Source of the DNA: a virus
Lineage: Duplodnaviria; Caudoviricetes
Length of the DNA: 28,198 nucleotides
Strand: one strand, 5' to 3'
IMG/VR virus record: IMGVR_UViG_3300048575_000267
Coordinates: 1-28,198 of that record
Below are positions 26,188 to 28,198 of this stretch, piece by piece. The stretch's first letter is position 1; every line of letters begins with the position of its first letter. A program made the position numbers and the translations under genes. The notes beneath the pieces were generated by a model. It was not told where the DNA came from and did no database searches. It saw only the letters and a list, made by a program, of their open reading frames with translations.

Positions 26188-28137
26188 TCAACTGAGTTGA
26201 AATCGCCTTTTCAGCGCCAAACCAACAAAAAATGCACACATCAAAGCAGTGATTGCTTCCAATGAGCACAGCATTCTGGCGATCAGCGCCAAAGCCGCTC
26301 CATCAACGTTTGGCAGGCTTGTTTGTCCCCTCAACAGTATTGCCGCAAGCGAGTGCGTGTCCAGACTGCTCACTTCTTGTGGGCTCCACACCGCAAACGG
26401 ACGAAACTCATTCCAGAAGCCGAATTCCACTGCCTCTAATATGCTCCGGGTGTCAGGAACTTTTCCGATCAGTGCCAGCGCCAAAGCTCCGAAAGTTACC
26501 GGAAGCCAAAACACCAACCAACGCAATGGCCTGCCGATGCTTTGACCATAGTCTGATAGAGACGCATAGGCACTTGAAGCTAGCCTCTCAAGCAACGACA
26601 CCTCGTAAGGCCTATGCCTTATGGCAATCTGTTCAAGCCGATGCATTCGGCTCGAAAGTCGAATGTTGCGTTTGTCCTCTGCAGCGAGCTTGAGAATTCG
26701 GAACGCGTTGGCGAATTCATTGAAGGCGCGATCAACGTCATTTCGTTTTTCCCTTCGCCAGGATCGCCGCTCCCGTAGCTTTTGAATGAATCCACGAAAC
26801 ATGCGCCGATCTCCCTCCGGCGCACGCATATTCAGGTCGGATTGGAACTGTGCTCCATTTAGGTTGATGAGATCATCAAACTGGACATCGTCAAACACGG
26901 TAAATCCGCCGAAGAGAGCATCTTCGAATTCCACTTGAGAACAGAAATGCGCCTCGTCGAAACTGATACCCGCGTTGAAACGTGCTCTGTAAAACTGAGC
27001 CTCATCAGAAAAAAGACATCTAGCCATGTTGACGTGGCCGTCGAATACGTTCTCGCTGAATTCGGCAGGACCTTTGAATATAGCGTCCTTGAAACGTGCC
27101 CAGCCTCCGTAAGTTATGTCCCAAAACCAAACTTCTCTTCCAAAAACCGCACCGCCAAATGCCGCGTTGACGTTGAACCGAGTCTGTTGAAATTCAGCGT
27201 GCCCATTGAACTTCACATTGTTAAAACATGCGTTGTGGTCGAATTCGCAGCCTGCAAACCACGCAATGCCGTCAAAGAAACTATCGCTAAAGTCGGTGTG
27301 GCCCCAGAATTTGCAGTCGGTAAACCATACATGATGCCGAAAGTGCGAAGCGGACGCTCTAAACGTCGAAATCTTCGCTTCCTGTGCTCGTATCTCGCCG
27401 AAAGCGCACCAATGACAAAAGACACGCAGCCCATAATACCCAGACGGTTCGACCTTACTCTGCGCCTGCTTTGCTAATAGATCGAAATCGATGTTGCCGA
27501 GGTTGGCTCCCGACAGTTGAAGATCACCCTCAAAGGCAGTCGCCCTTTGCAGCATTAACTCCCAAAGGTGTTCTTGTTCATCGGTACTCCTCTCGGCGAA
27601 AGGCACATGAGCGAGGTGATATAGTTCTCCATCTGCTAGCCGCTTCAGATGACCCGCAGTGCGCATCGCTTCGTCGGTTGCAAATCCGTTGTCATCAAAC
27701 CATTCTGATTCAGGTAGGCCGTACTGGCGTAGTTTTTCCAGGGAGCGAGAGTCGAAACTTATCGCACCATTCCTGTAATCGCGGTGAGGTCTCCAAAAGT
27801 CCTGTGCTGTAGCTCGACATATGTGCCGACAGACCACTCCCGGAAAATCTGGCGGTGCGCTCCACTGCTTGGGAACGTCTTTCTCTGGAACATCTGCCCA
27901 TTTGTCCCATTCGGCGTTTGCCAGTGCAGCCCACGTCCAGTTCAGTTGCTTTCGCTTCTGCTCCCAGCGCGACTGTTGCTCCTGATCAGGTGAGAGGTCG
28001 AACTCGTCACGCATCCGGAGCGACGTTGGCGGGCTAGGTCTTTTTCGATTGAGTGGATTGCGTCGCTTTCGAATAAGCGAAAACACGCGCGTCTCTTCTG
28101 TTTCCCTTTTCCTGGCGTGAGCCATCGAAGACGGCAT
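26188..28137 (-). CDS. Pentapeptide-repeat protein with C-terminal transmembrane region
   Basis: Long run of A/x-x-F-x-x-x-x-F repeats (AEFQQTRFNVNAAFGGAVF...), then SDYGQSIGRPLRW and hydrophobic helices ending LALKRRFQ. The true start may be downstream (e.g. MRDEF). Confidence 0.88.
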   Translation of the reverse strand: MPSSMAHARKRETEETRVFSLIRKRRNPLNRKRPSPPTSLRMRDEFDLSPDQEQQSRWEQKRKQLNWTWAALANAEWDKWADVPEKDVPKQWSAPPDFPGVVCRHICRATAQDFWRPHRDYRNGAISFDSRSLEKLRQYGLPESEWFDDNGFATDEAMRTAGHLKRLADGELYHLAHVPFAERSTDEQEHLWELMLQRATAFEGDLQLSGANLGNIDFDLLAKQAQSKVEPSGYYGLRVFCHWCAFGEIRAQEAKISTFRASASHFRHHVWFTDCKFWGHTDFSDSFFDGIAWFAGCEFDHNACFNNVKFNGHAEFQQTRFNVNAAFGGAVFGREVWFWDITYGGWARFKDAIFKGPAEFSENVFDGHVNMARCLFSDEAQFYRARFNAGISFDEAHFCSQVEFEDALFGGFTVFDDVQFDDLINLNGAQFQSDLNMRAPEGDRRMFRGFIQKLRERRSWRREKRNDVDRAFNEFANAFRILKLAAEDKRNIRLSSRMHRLEQIAIRHRPYEVSLLERLASSAYASLSDYGQSIGRPLRWLVFWLPVTFGALALALIGKVPDTRSILEAVEFGFWNEFRPFAVWSPQEVSSLDTHSLAAILLRGQTSLPNVDGAALALIARMLCSLEAITALMCAFFVGLALKRRFQLS

Positions 28138-28198
28138 GGCTTCCTCCGAAAGGTACTTGGGAATATCGGGCTCTCTCGGTACGCCTGAGCGCGCTGAT

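Noticed and set aside
1-28198. CRISPR array, tRNA/rRNA, integrase/att site, lysis genes, bona fide GTA cluster
   Set aside because: No repeat-spacer array, RNA-gene signature, recombinase or lysin seen by eye; the cos site and lambda-type head argue against a GTA.

Overview
Late (morphogenesis) half of a temperate siphophage prophage, probably from an alphaproteobacterium (inferred from GC-rich codon usage and the GTA-like tail-tip genes). Nearly all genes are on the minus strand. From right to left: a pentapeptide-repeat membrane protein; a five-gene cassette (small HTH regulator plus four unknown proteins) with three sigma70 promoters sharing a TGTC-N10-GACA palindrome over the -10 box and a conserved leader hairpin; a lambda-like cos site; terS and terL; an AT-rich insert (P-loop NTPase-Mrr nuclease fusion plus a Zn-finger protein); gpW, portal, S49 protease, decoration protein, major capsid, neck genes and tail tube; an antisense membrane-protein moron; a tail chaperone with a -1 frameshift site; tape measure; and an RcGTA-like tail tip (DUF2460, DUF2163, NlpC/P60, megatron-like). 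The prophage looks damaged: an IS21-family end truncates the tail-tip gene at 115/116 and a DUF6441-like neck gene is frameshifted. The best candidate for an undescribed system is the cos-adjacent, Aca-like HTH-controlled cassette (22.6-26.1 kb), a possible anti-defence or host-takeover regulon. All family assignments come from motif recognition by eye; no database searches were run.
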